Positions 39,893-53,294 are shown, counted from the stretch's first letter. The stretch is 64,000 nt of DNA from Octopus vulgaris (GCA_951406725.2 OX597825.1:52328001-52392000), one strand, 5' to 3'. Program-made: numbers and translations. The notes: generated by a model not told the origin, from the letters alone.

Positions 39893-40082
39893 GCTATATA
39901 TATATAGGTGCGGGTGTGGCTGTGTCGTAAGAAGCTTACTTCCCAATAACATGGATCTTTGTTCAGTCCCACTGTGTGGCACCTTGGGCAAGTGTCTTCT
40001 ACAATAGGCTCAGGCCAACCAAAATCTTGTGAGTTGATTTAGTACATGGAAACTGAAAAGAATCCCATTGTGTATATATATA

Positions 40083-41092
40083 CTAGCCTTAAAGCTGCCC
40101 TTCAGGTGGCATTCAGTCTAGCTTCTGTGAAGAGCAGCTTTGAGGCATTTGGCCCCACTCTTGGGCCATTTCCCAGCCCTCTACCCTTGTGTAATATAAT
40201 GCAATGGGACACATTCATTGCATATGTAACTCCTGGTATTAATTATCCGATACCCCATTTCAAACTCCCTACCCGACATATATCCACACATCAATACCCA
40301 TACACTCAATTTCTATACTTCACTCGCACCCACACCTAAACTCCACATCCCATTAACTTGTTGTTCATTCAACAGGTAACGTGAATTTCATCAGTGTGTT
40401 GGTGTATCAACTCTTGGATAGCTTTCTGCCAGCTTTGCTGATAGACATAGAGCTAGTTTCTAGTTTGCTTTACAGCTTCCTATAAGACTTACAGCCAAGT
40501 TTCTAGCCTTGAAGCTGCCCTTCAGGCAGCATTCAGGCAGCATTCAGGCTAGCACCAATATGTAACCGAAATGTAAGTTTCATAAACTACAAAATATGAA
40601 TATCTACACTACCACACATGAAATGTACCTGTTATAACTCTTTGTCTCAATTTGAATGTGTGTGAAGGTATTTAGAATGCCCAGACTTATTTCTGAAAAT
40701 GTCCTAAGCAGTGAAACAGATTATAGTTCAATCAATAAGCGTAGGAGCAAGGAAAATCAGTAAAAATAGGGGATGGGATCAGCAGGGCCCCATTTAAGTG
40801 TCCCTTCAGAAATTGAATGTCTTTACGATACTCTCTGGGAGTTCATGGTATGAAATTGTCATTGCTCCGATTTGAGTGCCAATGCCGTGTATTTAGTTTA
40901 AAATGCAGTAAAAATAGTGGGTTCAGTGGGGCCCCAGTTAGGTGGCCTTTAAAAAATAGACCCCCTTAGGACATTCTCTGGGATTAGGAGAGTTGCTGAT
41001 TTGAGTTTCGTTATCCTTGCTCCAATGGTTTAGAAGGAGTTAACAAGCATAAAAAATGTAACAGAGAAACATCACTCAAATTTATAACAGGA
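40083..41092 (-). mobile_element. Non-autonomous Helitron inserted in the central TA tract of a SINE A copy (head 39907-40070, tail ~41110-41330)
   Basis: Minus strand reads A|TC at 41092 and ends hairpin + CTAG|T at 40083; a second hairpin+CTAG at 40503; internal ~148 bp tandem duplication (40758, 40906); the SINE halves flank it. Confidence 0.7.
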
Positions 41093-41421
41093 TATATATA
41101 TGTATCTATTTATTTGTGGTTTTGTGTTTGTATTTGCCCCACCCCATGCACGTGACAATCAGTGTTGGTATGTTTATGCTCTCATAACTTACCGGTTCAG
41201 CAAAAGAGACAGATAGAATAAGTACTAAGCTTAGAAAAATATTAAGTTTTGGGGTTGATTTGTTTAACTAAAGACCTTCAAGGTGGTGCCCCAGCATGGG
41301 CACAGTCAAATGGATGAAACAAATATAAGAAAGATAAAAAATAAAAAAAATTATATGCACGTACAGAGAGAGAGAGAAAGCAAGAGATACTTATATATGT
41401 AATTACATAATAGATAGATAT

Positions 41422-41461
<40 letters not shown>

Positions 41462-42399
41462 TATGTAGGTAGGTATGTAGGTAGGTAGGTAGGTAGGTAG
41501 GTAGGTAGGTAGGCAGGTAGAGATAGACAGACACATATATACGTATATACACACACATACATGCACAAACATTTGCACATACATGTGTGTGTGTAGTATA
41601 TTCTACTTCTCAATAGTATTCACTACAAATCACTTTATATAAAATTGCTCAATAATTTACTCCATTTATGACTCTTGTAAAAATATAAACAGAAGCCAAT
41701 ACTTTTTCCATTTTCCGATCTAACCAATGTCACACATTATTTTTCCTGTTGATTGCATTCCAATATCAACATCTTGTAAGTTTAGTACCTACATATTATA
41801 CACACATTCTGGCCATTTCATTAGTTCATATACTATTGAATGAATTATAGAACAGGTTATAGCAGTTTTCCATCAGATTGTGCTTCATTCTCTGTACATT
41901 ACCATGTATGTACTTTTGGCTTTCATTATAACCTTTCTTTGGCTGATTTGGTGCTGCTCTCTGCTTCTTCTTTCATCCTTTTCCAGTAAGCTGCAGTAAG
42001 TTGCAGAACATTGCATAACATGAACTCATTATCATTATATTTACACTAAATTAAGACTGAAAAAAATTATTTACTCATTCACACTCACATACACTCAGAT
42101 GTGTGTATAATTACACACATGCACACAGGTATGTGTATATAAATTATTTTCCCCTACACATGTATTGAGTACTCTATATTTATGCATGCAAATGTTCAAT
42201 ATACTCATTTATGTGTAAGGTGTACCAAGTAACTGGGTACAAAACAAAACAAGGCAAAATAGACAATTGAAACTTAAAAGAATGTGAAAATAACAGAACC
42301 CAGTAAAACAATACATATATTCAACTAGATTCCTAAGAGAGAAAGGCCATTCAATAAAACTGCCCTCAGCACCAATGATGTCCACATTATACATTCAAT

Positions 42400-43560
42400 A
42401 CAACAGCATAGTGTACAAATGGGCCTTGGGTTTCTCCATGGCTATCAGCTCTGTCATCATATACATAGAGCAGCTGAAGTGCAGAATGCTTAGTACCTGC
42501 TACTGTATCATCTTTTCTCCATGTATATGGATGATATCCTAATGCTTAATTATTCCCAGGTGGAAGCTGTTGTGCCAGAAATTTGACAATATTGATTAAC
42601 ATATCAAAGTTGAGATTACACACCCTGATTAATCTGAAACCCTCACCCTGCTTGATTTCCAGCTCAAGATTTTGGAGGAGAGTTCCATTTACACTAGCTT
42701 TAACAAGAAAGCAGCCAGTATGGACATTTTTCATACCATGAATTGACCTTGCTCACCAGAGCCAAAGCTGCCTTTGGACAAAATGAAATCTTACATATAA
42801 GTGACAGTTGCAGCATTACTGCACCAAACAGTTCCACAAGATCCTACTTGATAACAGCTATCCCACATCTTTCACCAAATGACAGCAAGTAAGCGTCATA
42901 AGAATGCTCATTCTCCCAAGACTGTCAAGTACTTCATAAAACTCTCTTACTTCAGAAACAGAACTATTGCTGCCATTCATCATGTGATCCACAAAGAAGG
43001 ATTAGGCACACAGATTATTCATTCTGGTCCATCCCTGAGGAAATTCCTGTTCAGAACTTATGGGGTATATATGGTCCAAGCCCATCAACAACTTTGAAAG
43101 ATGCTAAAGTGTTTATATGGTATATGAAGAGATCTGTTGAAACTGTGGTGCATCCTACGTAGGGAGCACAAGCAGAAAGCGGCATGTCCACATCAAAGAA
43201 CATGTGCATATAAACACTTTGGTCAATAAACACTTTCTGAAGTGCTAGACACAGGACTTTACAATATCCATCAGAGCCATGGAATGCAATACAGGTAACT
43301 TTCAGATCAAGGAGTCTATCATAATTATTATGATGAAACTCATATTAAATAACAGATGATAACTGCATAAAGCACATTGGCTACTATAAAAAAATACCAG
43401 TCTACACAAGTCACTACCCTCTCTCATGTATCTGAATAACAATAATAGTTATACTCCATCTCTCACTTCTGCACTTATCCTGATGAAGGGGTCCTAACTA
43501 CAAAATATTAAAGGAATATAAGGTAAAGCATCAACTGTTGTTCTGTTTACTCTTCTGAAT
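42400..43560 (+). mobile_element. Penelope-like element (PLE) remnant: RT and GIY-YIG fragments with a terminal hammerhead remnant
   Basis: YMDDIL at 42524; CGASYVGSTSRKRHVHIKEH at 43144 (YIG.T.R....R..EH type motif); CTGATGAAGG at 43480. Confidence 0.7.
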
Positions 43561-44904
43561 TTCATTTTGCATTGATTCAAAATTATCAAGGTTTAATTTA
43601 CTTTATTATCACAGAGTGCATTACAGAAAATATTCACTCTCCCCCTCTCTCCCCCTCCCCATATGCACTTATTCATATATGCACACATACACACACACAC
43701 ATGCACACACCACACACATAAACACATATACTCATGTATAATATACACATGTATACACACACACAGAAAGACATAAGTTTTGAAGTTAAAATCTGAAAAC
43801 TCTGCAAAAGATACCTAATGCCTCAAGTTTTGGGGATAACATTTGTTAAACACAAAACGTGTGTGTGTGTCTGTTACTGCCCCTTTTCCTTGAAATTGTG
43901 GGATCACTGTAAACATGCAAGCAGTGTCCTTTTTCCATCTTCTGTGAAAGTAATGTCTGACCAAGAGGAAATATCTTACTTGGAAACAGGTAAGGATTAG
44001 TGACAGGAAGGGCATAGAATATTTACTTCAATGAACTCTGTCCGACCCATGCAAGTATGGTAATGTGAATGTTAAACTGATGATAGTGATATATAATATA
44101 TATATATACATGCATATGTATCCTTTATTTGTTTGAGTTATTTGACTGTGGCCATGTTGTGGATCCATCTTAAAGAATTTTTAGTTGAATGAATTGATCC
44201 CAGTACTTTTAAGCCTGGTACGTATTCCATTGGCCTCTTATGCTGAACCGCTAAGTTATGGGGATGTAAACACACCAATACCAGTTGTCAAGAGGTGATG
44301 ACGAACAAACAGCCAGAAACACACACACACACACACATGCACACCAACAGGCTTCTTTCAGTTTCCCTCTACCACATCCACTCAGAAGGCTTTGGTCAGC
44401 CCAAGGCTATGGTAGAAGTCTGATTTCAGACCCATGTTGTTGAGAAGCAAGCTGCTTACTACACAGCCACACGTGCACTTATATATGTACGTATATACTT
44501 GTGTTTGTATGTGTGTGTGTGTATGTTTCCATATCTCCTGTTAAATTTTTAATCATATAGCCCTGAAAATACTTTGACTTTACCTGCATTGAGGAATTAT
44601 TCTACTTGCTCAAATTATATGTACTGTTTATATTGACATTATATGATCTGTTTAACAATGTGTGCATACATGCTATTGGTATATATATTTGTACTTAAGT
44701 TTGAGTGAAAGATTGCAAGTGTATTTTAATGTGTACATGTACTGGCTATAAATATAATTGTATGTGTATATGCATTTTAGCAAGCATATATGCTGTTATA
44801 GAATTATTTTTGTACCTTACTATGTTGTTTGTATACATTTTAGTGTATGTCTACATGGTCTATGTTCTGCTTTGAATGCGTGAGTGTATATAGATTGAAA
44901 TAGT

Positions 44905-44948
<44 letters not shown>

Positions 44949-46339
44949 AATGATACCAGAACAAAATCAATAAATGATATTGTTATTCGCACCTAATACA
45001 TGAATTCATATTTAAAAAGGCTAATTACTTCATCTACTTCAACACACCATTTTATTAGACCTGTCACTTCCTGTTACCCATAATTCTTCATTCTCAACAC
45101 TTTCCACACATTCTTAATTCAATAAACGGATATGGTGGTGGTGGTGGTCGTGGAAGGGTAGGATGACTGCCGACTTGTTTCTTTCACCTACTTCTTGATT
45201 TTCTGAAGGAATGAAAAATGGCATTTTTGCATAAAGCTTTAGGCTTTTAGACATGTCAGTGGTGAGTGAAGCCTTTTAAAATGTGGTGTCTGATATACTA
45301 CATGGCAATAGTTGGTGTGATTCCAATAATAACCATAGCTACGATGTGGCAGCACCAAGCAAAGAGTCTTGGCTATCAGCTCTTATTCAAGTATGAATCA
45401 TGTTAAGTGGATGTTGCTGAATGCAGTTCTTTTAAGCATGTCACACAGACAATAGTAAATGTATGGTTCCTTTCAGACATATATATCTCAACTCAAACAA
45501 CTGCAATCTATTCTTTATAACCATCAGAGCACACATGAAGCCACATGTCAGATTAAACAGGATTCAAGCTAATTAGTGGAAGTCAGCAATCAGTTTGTTG
45601 TTGTTGTTATCACTCAGGTAGCAAAGTAGTAGGATCAGCAGAGTACCATGCTAAAAGCCTTGCTACTTATATCCCTTTACATTCTGAGTTCAAATCCTGC
45701 TGGATTTTGACTGATTTTTTTTTCTTCATCCCTTGAATATCAGTAAACTAAGAACCAGAAATATATTTGTTAATAGATACACAGGCCTCTCAATTACTAT
45801 TTATAAATTTGTGACTTTGTATCAAGGTGAGATATACTGGAATGATAGAATTGCTAGAGCTTCAGAAAAAATGCCAAGGGATATTTTTCGAACTCTTAAC
45901 ACTCTAAGTTCAAATACAATCAAAGTTAGCATTACAAAATTTCATCCTTTCTGAATCAATAAAATGAAGTGCCAGTAAGTACCTGGCATTGATGTAATGA
46001 ACTAACACACCACATCAAAAATTGCTAGCTTTTTGCATATAGCAGAAACAATTATTATGTAACTATTACATGCTATATGTGTTAGCTAATATGTTGTCTT
46101 GAGGTTTAAATATCAAATCTCAAGAAACTTTCATAGGATTCTTACAGAAAACAAGATTGCACTTTTCTGCTAGTCAACAATGTGTATCTCAAATCCAATA
46201 TCCTTCAGCCTCTGAGATAGCAGTTTCAGTTTCAGCCAAGAGTACCAATTATTACAAGAATGATTGTTGTCTTATCTTCCACAATATTTTCCTCTCTCTA
46301 ACTTTTTAGAGTTTTTCTTATTTTTTTGCCAATTTCTTT

Positions 46340-46655
46340 AGTATACATTCTATTGTATAGTATTGTGGAGTCTATGATCTTACACTATTTCCTTTGTTCT
46401 TTGTAATCGTATCTGGTCTTTTTGCTTCAATAGTATGGTTAGTCATTATAGGGAAGTCCCATAAAATCCTGTAATTCTTATTCTGTATCACAGACTCTGG
46501 TTCATCTTCACATGATTTTTCTGTCACTTAGAACCCACACACACTCAGCTTACATTCCAATACACACTTTTTCCCAGAGTCATGCTTGTGCTTACATTTT
46601 TTCCTGCTAGTTTATTGCATTCACTCAAGACATGGTTGATACTCTCATCTCTATT
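46340..46655 (-). mobile_element. Dong/R4-like LINE fragment (zinc knuckle to endonuclease), split by the insertion at 46656-47181
   Basis: ESINHVLSECNKLA and EPESVIQNKNYRILWDFPIMTNHTIEAKRPD on -; apparently continues beyond 47182. Confidence 0.7.
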
Positions 46656-46797
46656 TACATTATTTATATTATTTACATTTGACGGATATTTGTCCTCATC
46701 TCGTCTGTTGTTAACACAACGTTTCGGCTGATACACCCACCATCAGGTGTCTCGGGGAAATTTCAAACCTGGGTTCTCATTTCTAAGGTATTTTTGA

Positions 46798-46856
<59 letters not shown>

Positions 46857-47181
46857 TCACTGCCTGGAATCAAATTTATAAACCCTAAAAATTCACTCCG
46901 TAATTGACCATGGGTATATGGCATAGTGGTTAAGAGCACGGGCTACTAACCCCAGGCAGTGACCTGAATAATAATAACAATGATAATAATAATAATAATA
47001 ATAATAACAACATAAAAAAATACCTTAGGAATGAGAACCTAGGTTCGAAATTTCCCCAAGACATCTGATGAAGGATGGATGGTATATCAGCCAAAATGTG
47101 TCAACAACAAACAAGATGAGGACAAATATCCATCAAATGTAAATAATGTACATAATTCCTCATCTCTTAAAAATAGAACTG
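46656..47181. mobile_element. tRNA-headed, (AAT)n- and hammerhead-containing element with inverted duplication and 13 bp TSD
   Basis: Arms ~46656-46868 and ~46952-47150 are reverse complements; A-box TGGCATAGTGG at 46919-46929; HHR remnants at 46713-46751 (-) and 47060-47102 (+); TSD TCTCAT(C/T)TCTATT at 46643-46655 and 47182-47194. Confidence 0.75.
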
Positions 47182-47379
47182 TCTCATTTCTATTATTGTT
47201 ATATAACTGCTCAATATTTAGTAGATTGAGGCAAATTTCTACTGCATCACCTGCTTCACCTCCATGTTGCTGGGGTTTGTGCAGCATTGTGTATTCTTTT
47301 CTCCTGTTGGAAGTGTATTGTTTTATTTTTGCTTTTTCTTAAGGTGTGGTGCTGTCTTATCTTGAGTTACGGCTTGTAT

Positions 47380-47640
47380 TGTGTACTGCGTGTGTAACGC
47401 TTTGGTATTTTGGCATGCTGGTGGGAGTTTATTTCACTGAGTAAATGCTGTATACTCTGTGTCTTGTATTTGTGGGTTGTTTTGTTTAGGTTGTATTATT
47501 GGATTGAAAGTGTCTTGAGTAGGATGTGAGCTGTTCCTAGCAGGAATATTTTTTGGACAGTGTGTAGTTTTGAGGATCCAGGTATAGATTCTACATTTTT
47601 GTTCATATGATTTTTTTATCATGCCTGTAATAGACTAACA
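47380..47640 (-). mobile_element. 3' end of a Dong/R4-like element, degenerate
   Basis: Minus strand resembles the ..LLGTAHIL.. C-terminus and 3' UTR of the 24738-25284 copy. Confidence 0.5.
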
Positions 47641-48503
47641 AAGTTTGCTGAATTACGTCCTTTTGCTGGTAGATGCCACCAGGTAGAGTTGCATCTGACA
47701 CCTATATATTCTGGTGGATGTGAATCTCTCTCTTTCTCTCTCTCTCACTGTTTGGATACTTGTTCACTATTATAATTTCACGGTTACTACTATAATTCCT
47801 ATCCTATTATTTACTTGTTCATTGCGGTAGTTTCGCAATTATTTTTATACCTATATTATTACCATAAGGACTGCATGTCCTAATATTGTCTTCCCTGATT
47901 TCTTTAGACAACAAATGATGGCAGATTTATGGTCTTTGGTTTAGCAACTGCTGATACTGTGGTGTTAATTAGAGGAGCAGGCTTGTTGTGTCTACTAATA
48001 CAGGCTGCTTGAATGGACTGCTAGTTGACATGATTGGTGGTGGATTGGGGCAGGTGAGAGGGGATTTTTGAGAGGGGCGTCAACAAGTTGGAACTAGCAT
48101 AGCTACGATATAGAAATTTATAAACAACATCTTAAAGTTTTAAAAGACTACAGTAGTCTATCTATAAAACACTACATCATATTTACAATAAAGGAATCAA
48201 ATCATATTTAAGATATAAAAACCTATAAACATCTGAAAGTTTTAGCAAACATAGAAAGTAATAGAAAAGGCTTACACATTTTTAGCTGGGAGGGCTGTTA
48301 AATGGTCTTCCTATAGTGTGAATGCCTACAGCAACACTGAGAACCCATTGGAACAGAAAGTGGGAGAGAGAGAGGGGACAAAGTGGAAGCAGGCAGGTAA
48401 TAGATGTCACACAGTACACAATATCGTGAGATTGTTGATTGAAGATATTGTGTCTACTATGGGTGGGGGGGGTTGTACTGTATGTCAAGTCACAACAAGG
48501 ACC

Positions 48504-48660
48504 TCAGACAGACAGTACTTTATGCAATATGTGTGCAGTTCCAAGTAATGCTGACTTTTGCAATACATCTAGATTGTAGGGTATCTCTAAGGTTTCCAGA
48601 TGATTTTTTTCAGATTGGGTGGTATTGAACCCAATACTCCAATGACAATAGGGATAACCT
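48504..48660 (-). mobile_element. Dong/R4-like endonuclease C-terminus
   Basis: LETLEIPYNLDVLQKSALLGTAHILHKVLSV*. Confidence 0.7.
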
Positions 48661-48950
48661 TTATACCTGTTAGCATATAAATTAAAATTGATATCGTTTA
48701 TTTCCTTACAACTAGATTTCATGTCCCCATTAGTAAAGGTAGAAGAAGATTGAATGGAATTAATGTAAGTAACTTTCTCTGTATAACCTGCTTTAAGTAA
48801 GGCAAAGTTATAAAATTCAGCCTTATCATTGAAAATGTCAACATTAGCAGATAACTTAGACAATCTAAATGAAATATTCTTAACTAAGTTCCTAGTCATT
48901 GTCCAAGAATGATTACTGAATTTGCTAATATATTTAAGATTGGTCGATGG
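48661..48950 (-). mobile_element. Penelope-like element RT C-terminal (thumb/linker) fragment
   Basis: SNHS..TRNLVKNISFRLSKLSANVDIFNDKAEFYNFALLKAGY fits the PLE SNHP....NI...I..RLS.LS.....F......Y..AL..SGY pattern. Confidence 0.7.
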
Positions 48951-49249
48951 TGTTTTTCTTTCCTTTACCCTTCCTCTTTCTATAGGTTACCTTTGATGTT
49001 ATATCCACTAACGTTATTTTAAAACAAACTTAATAGCATTCAGTTAATCACTACACATATAGATCATTTTTCTGTTACAATATCTTATTGGCGAGTTTCA
49101 TTTCTTCCTTTCCCTGAAGGGAATATTACATTGTTTTACACCATTTTATTCCCTTGGAATAATACCAGTGATATCTTCGAAAAATGTGTCAGAAGTAAAA
49201 GAATTTGAATAACACCTGTGTCTAACTCCCTTTATATCTCTTTCTCTTT

Positions 49250-49450
49250 CTCTTTTACTTGTTTCAGTCATTTGACTGTGGCCATGCTGGAGCACCGCCT
49301 TTAGTCGATCAAATCGACCCCGGAACTTATTCTTTGTAAGCCCAGTACTTATTCTATTGGTCTCTTTTGCCGAACCACTAAGTGGCGGGGACGTAGACAC
49401 ACCAGCATCGGTTGTCAAGCAATGCTAGGGGGACAAACACAGACACACAA

Positions 49451-49495
<45 letters not shown>

Positions 49496-50040
49496 TACGA
49501 CAGGCTTCTTTCAGTTTCCGTCTACCAAATCCACTCACAAGGCATTGGTTGGCCCGGGGCTATAGCAGAAGACACTTGCCCAAGATGTCACGCAGTGGGA
49601 CTGAACCCGCAACCATGTGGTTGGTTAGCAAGCTACTTACCACACTATCTAGGCACAGGTGTGGCTGTATGATAAGAAGTTTGCTTCCTAACCACATAGT
49701 TTCAGGTGCGGTCCTACTGTGTGGCACCTTGGGCGAGTCTTTTCTACTATAGCCACAGGCTGACCACATCCTTGTAAATGAATAGAATGGATATGATAAA
49801 CATAAACTGAAAGAAATCCCTTACAATTTTATGACTTTGTGTCAATTTTGCCCCCCCCCCCCCAGCACTTGACAGCCGGTGTTGGTTCATTTACATCCCT
49901 GTAACTCAGTGGGTCAGCAAAAGCAAAAAATACCAGTAGTATAAAATACCAGGCTTAAATGTAAGTGCTGGTGTTGGTTTGTTAGATTAAACTCTGCAAG
50001 GCAGTGCTCCAGCATGGCTGCAGTCTAATGACTGAAACAA
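49250..50040. mobile_element. Two head-to-head SINE family A copies (49250-49645 on -, well preserved; 49657-50040 on +)
   Basis: Full head and tail motifs in both; the minus copy retains its CpGs. Confidence 0.85.
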
Positions 50041-50823
50041 AGAAGAGATGGAAGGTAAGCAATATAATGGGAGGAACAGATTTGAGAGTGTTGTAATAGG
50101 AGAAAAGAAGACGGGAGAAGAAAAGAGCAATGTCATGGGTTTGACAGAGAGAGAGAGAGAGAGAGAGAGGGGAGAGAAAGAGTGTGTGTTAAAGATGATT
50201 GGATGAATTGATAAGGAGATCTGATGCTCTTTCACATTATAAGTGTAAAGATATTTAGGTAAGAGAATGTGTGAAGAGAGAGAGAGAGAAAGAGAGAGAG
50301 TCGTGGGAGATAAGAAGCTAAAGATGATGTGGAGACAGTGAGAGATTGCGAGGTGGAAGGAAGTGTTGTTGAAGAGTGGATGAATGCAGCAAGAAAGTAT
50401 TTGTTCTGGCAGACAGAACGTTTCGTATAAAAGGGGCATAACCCAAATGTCACCATGAACTTAGTAATGTCAACATGAAGAAATGCAATAACAATCAAGT
50501 ATACCTATATAAAACCACACGCACACACACACACACACACACACTTACTCATGCCAATTTTAATCTAAGGTACTTGTTCAAGGTGTTATGCATTGGGATT
50601 GAACTTGCATACCATTAATTGCAAAGTGAACTTCTTAACAACACAGCAATACAGTTATATGTATCTACCTTTACCACCTTTACCCATGTCTACAAACCTC
50701 ACTCCAACAACATAGACATACATTCACCACACTGTTATGTTTGTTCCCCTTAACTACTCACCAGTGTCTATACATCTCAACCACACTCCTGTGTCTACAC
50801 ACCTAAAGCACACATCCATATCT

Positions 50824-51054
50824 GTTTCTTTATTATCCAGAAGGGGTTAAACATAGAGGGGACAAACAAGGACAGACAAACGGATTAAGTCGATTACATC
50901 AACTCCATTGGGTAACTGGTACTTAATTTATTGACCCCAAAAGGATGAAAGGCAAAGTCAACCTCGACGGAATTTGAACTCAGAACGTAATGGCAGACGA
51001 AATACCGCTAAGCATTTCGCCCAACGTGCAAACGATTCTGCCAGCTCGCTGCTC
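50824..51054 (-). mobile_element. SINE family B with 16 bp TSD, inserted in a ~24 bp minisatellite (50760-51170)
   Basis: GCAC(A/G)CATCCATATCT at 50808-50823 and 51055-51070; flanking units of the type ACACATCCATATCTACACACCTTAACC. Confidence 0.75.
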
Positions 51055-53249
51055 GCACGCATCCATATCTACACACCTTAACCACACATCTGTATCTACA
51101 TACCTCAGTCACATACCTATATCTACACACCTTGACCACACAGCCATGTCTACACCCCTCAACTACATAGCCAAGCTTTCACCTTTGCAAGCAAGAAGCT
51201 GAGTTTTTAATTGTTTCACAACTTCACTTAATTCCTAGCAGAGGAAAACACATCTGAGTAATCTAATTGATGTTCTGATGGTGGTCACCATTTAGAAAAT
51301 GACTGATACAGTAGCTTAGCAGGAAAAGGTGTCAAATTTACAATTATAAACATTCTGTAACTTGCACCATACAAACAGAAAATATCTCTGAAAATCTAGG
51401 TGTCCATTTACACAGCAACTATAAAAATATAGTTCTTCACTACAGAATAGTAAACAAGTGAAACAGTCTGCTGTCTGTGCATCACTATCTTTGGCTCCAG
51501 TGGAAATATTTCCTACTAAAACTCATGTTTGATGAACTTATTTTAACATAAAGTTTGTAATAAAATAATAGAAATTCTGTATTATTGAATTAAATAAAAA
51601 GTTCACCATACACTTTCTAACAGCTGATGCCCCCATAAACTATGAATAAGAACACCTGTACAGAGAGTTTAGTAAGTTTCTATGAAATGTTGTGTTACAA
51701 CTCCAAATTATTTCTCCATAAAACACCATTGCACTGACTCTGTACAATCTTCACTTTCACCTCAGAATGTCGCTACCTCCATTTGTTCACTAGACACTCT
51801 ATATCTATAGGAGTGGGCTGAAAATTTCATCAGCAGTATATGAAGGAGTGATGCTAGGGCTGTGAAATCTTGCACACATTATTTTCAACTATTCTTATTA
51901 GTAGCCACTTTGTTTCTTTTTGGGTTAACTGACATTTAACTTTAAAGTTTTACTTTAGGACCTGATAGAGCATTCTGTTGACAGTCAAAATATGTCTTGG
52001 TGCTACTGGTTTAACTGGTATTTCTGGAAGTTATGTATTCAGGTACCTTTTAAATGTTATGAGATATTTCTTTGTTTTCTTTCAGGAGAATGCTAAATAG
52101 AGTGGGGTCATGTAGCTGCTTTCCTTGGTTCTACTCCCTCTCTCAACTAAGGGTCTTTGTTTTGCATGCTACATAGGGATCCCACTGCCACGTACAAAGT
52201 ACCCAGTACACTCTTTAAGGTGGTTAGTGTTAGGAGAGACATCCAGCTATAAAAACCATACCAAAACAGATAGCTGGAACCTGACATAGCTTTCTGGCTT
52301 GCCAACTCCTTTCAAACCCTTCAACCCATGCCAACATGGGAAATGGATTTTAAATAATGAGGATAACGATTATGCATTCAGGAAGACTTCAAATTCATTA
52401 CGACGAAAGACAATGTTTTTATCATATATTCTATAACCTTTCACTACAGATATACTACTTGATGTATCTAACACAGTCATTTCTAGAATATAAGCTCCTT
52501 TTCTTCATTTCACCAATTGTGATGCAATAGAAAATATTTAGAGTTGTTTAAAAAGCTGAATACAGTGATTTTCAAGCAATTAGAACTGGTCAAAATGACC
52601 CACTGTACGCCACGAGTGCCACCTATCAGTTCTCAGTTTGTTGTATAACTAATGATTAAATATAAGCAAGAAATCTATCAGCTACATAACAGAGAAAAAT
52701 TTTACAATTGACCACTAAGTGGTCTGTTTACTGTTGGATGTTTTCCATCCATCGCAGTTGAAAAGCAGGGTCTGTGCAGACTGAAGTACGCTGTGTTCTG
52801 TACTTTGCTGAGGTGGCACATTAAAATGAAAATAGCGACAGATGTAATACAGTTTGAACTCATGACCATGAAGTTAGTAGCTGAGAGCCTTGCTTATTAT
52901 ACTATTTATGTACTGAAAGCCAACACCAGGGCCGAGCTTTGTGCCTTAATTTGTACTTATATCAAGTATAAAGAAAACAATAAAATAAATAAGACAAGGC
53001 TGGAATTCTTATCCAAACAGGATATGTTAGATTTAAGGAGCATTATGTATAAATGGAAGTAGTGGTATAATAACGAACTGCTTTGTGAAGAAACTCCTCA
53101 GCAAATTTACCAAACTATTGCTGCTAGTTAATTCTGAAAGAACTAAAGGAAATACTGAATTAGAATTACATTTAAATAGCCCGTAGAATTGTAAGAATAT
53201 TATTGTAAAGGATGGAACAAGTAACATCAATTAGCCCTCTCTCTCTCTC

Positions 53250-53294
<45 letters not shown>

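Noticed and set aside
40440-40565. Hairpin followed by GAAAC on the minus strand as a hammerhead
   Set aside because: No CUGANGA core in the right place; better explained as a Helitron 3' hairpin + CTAG.
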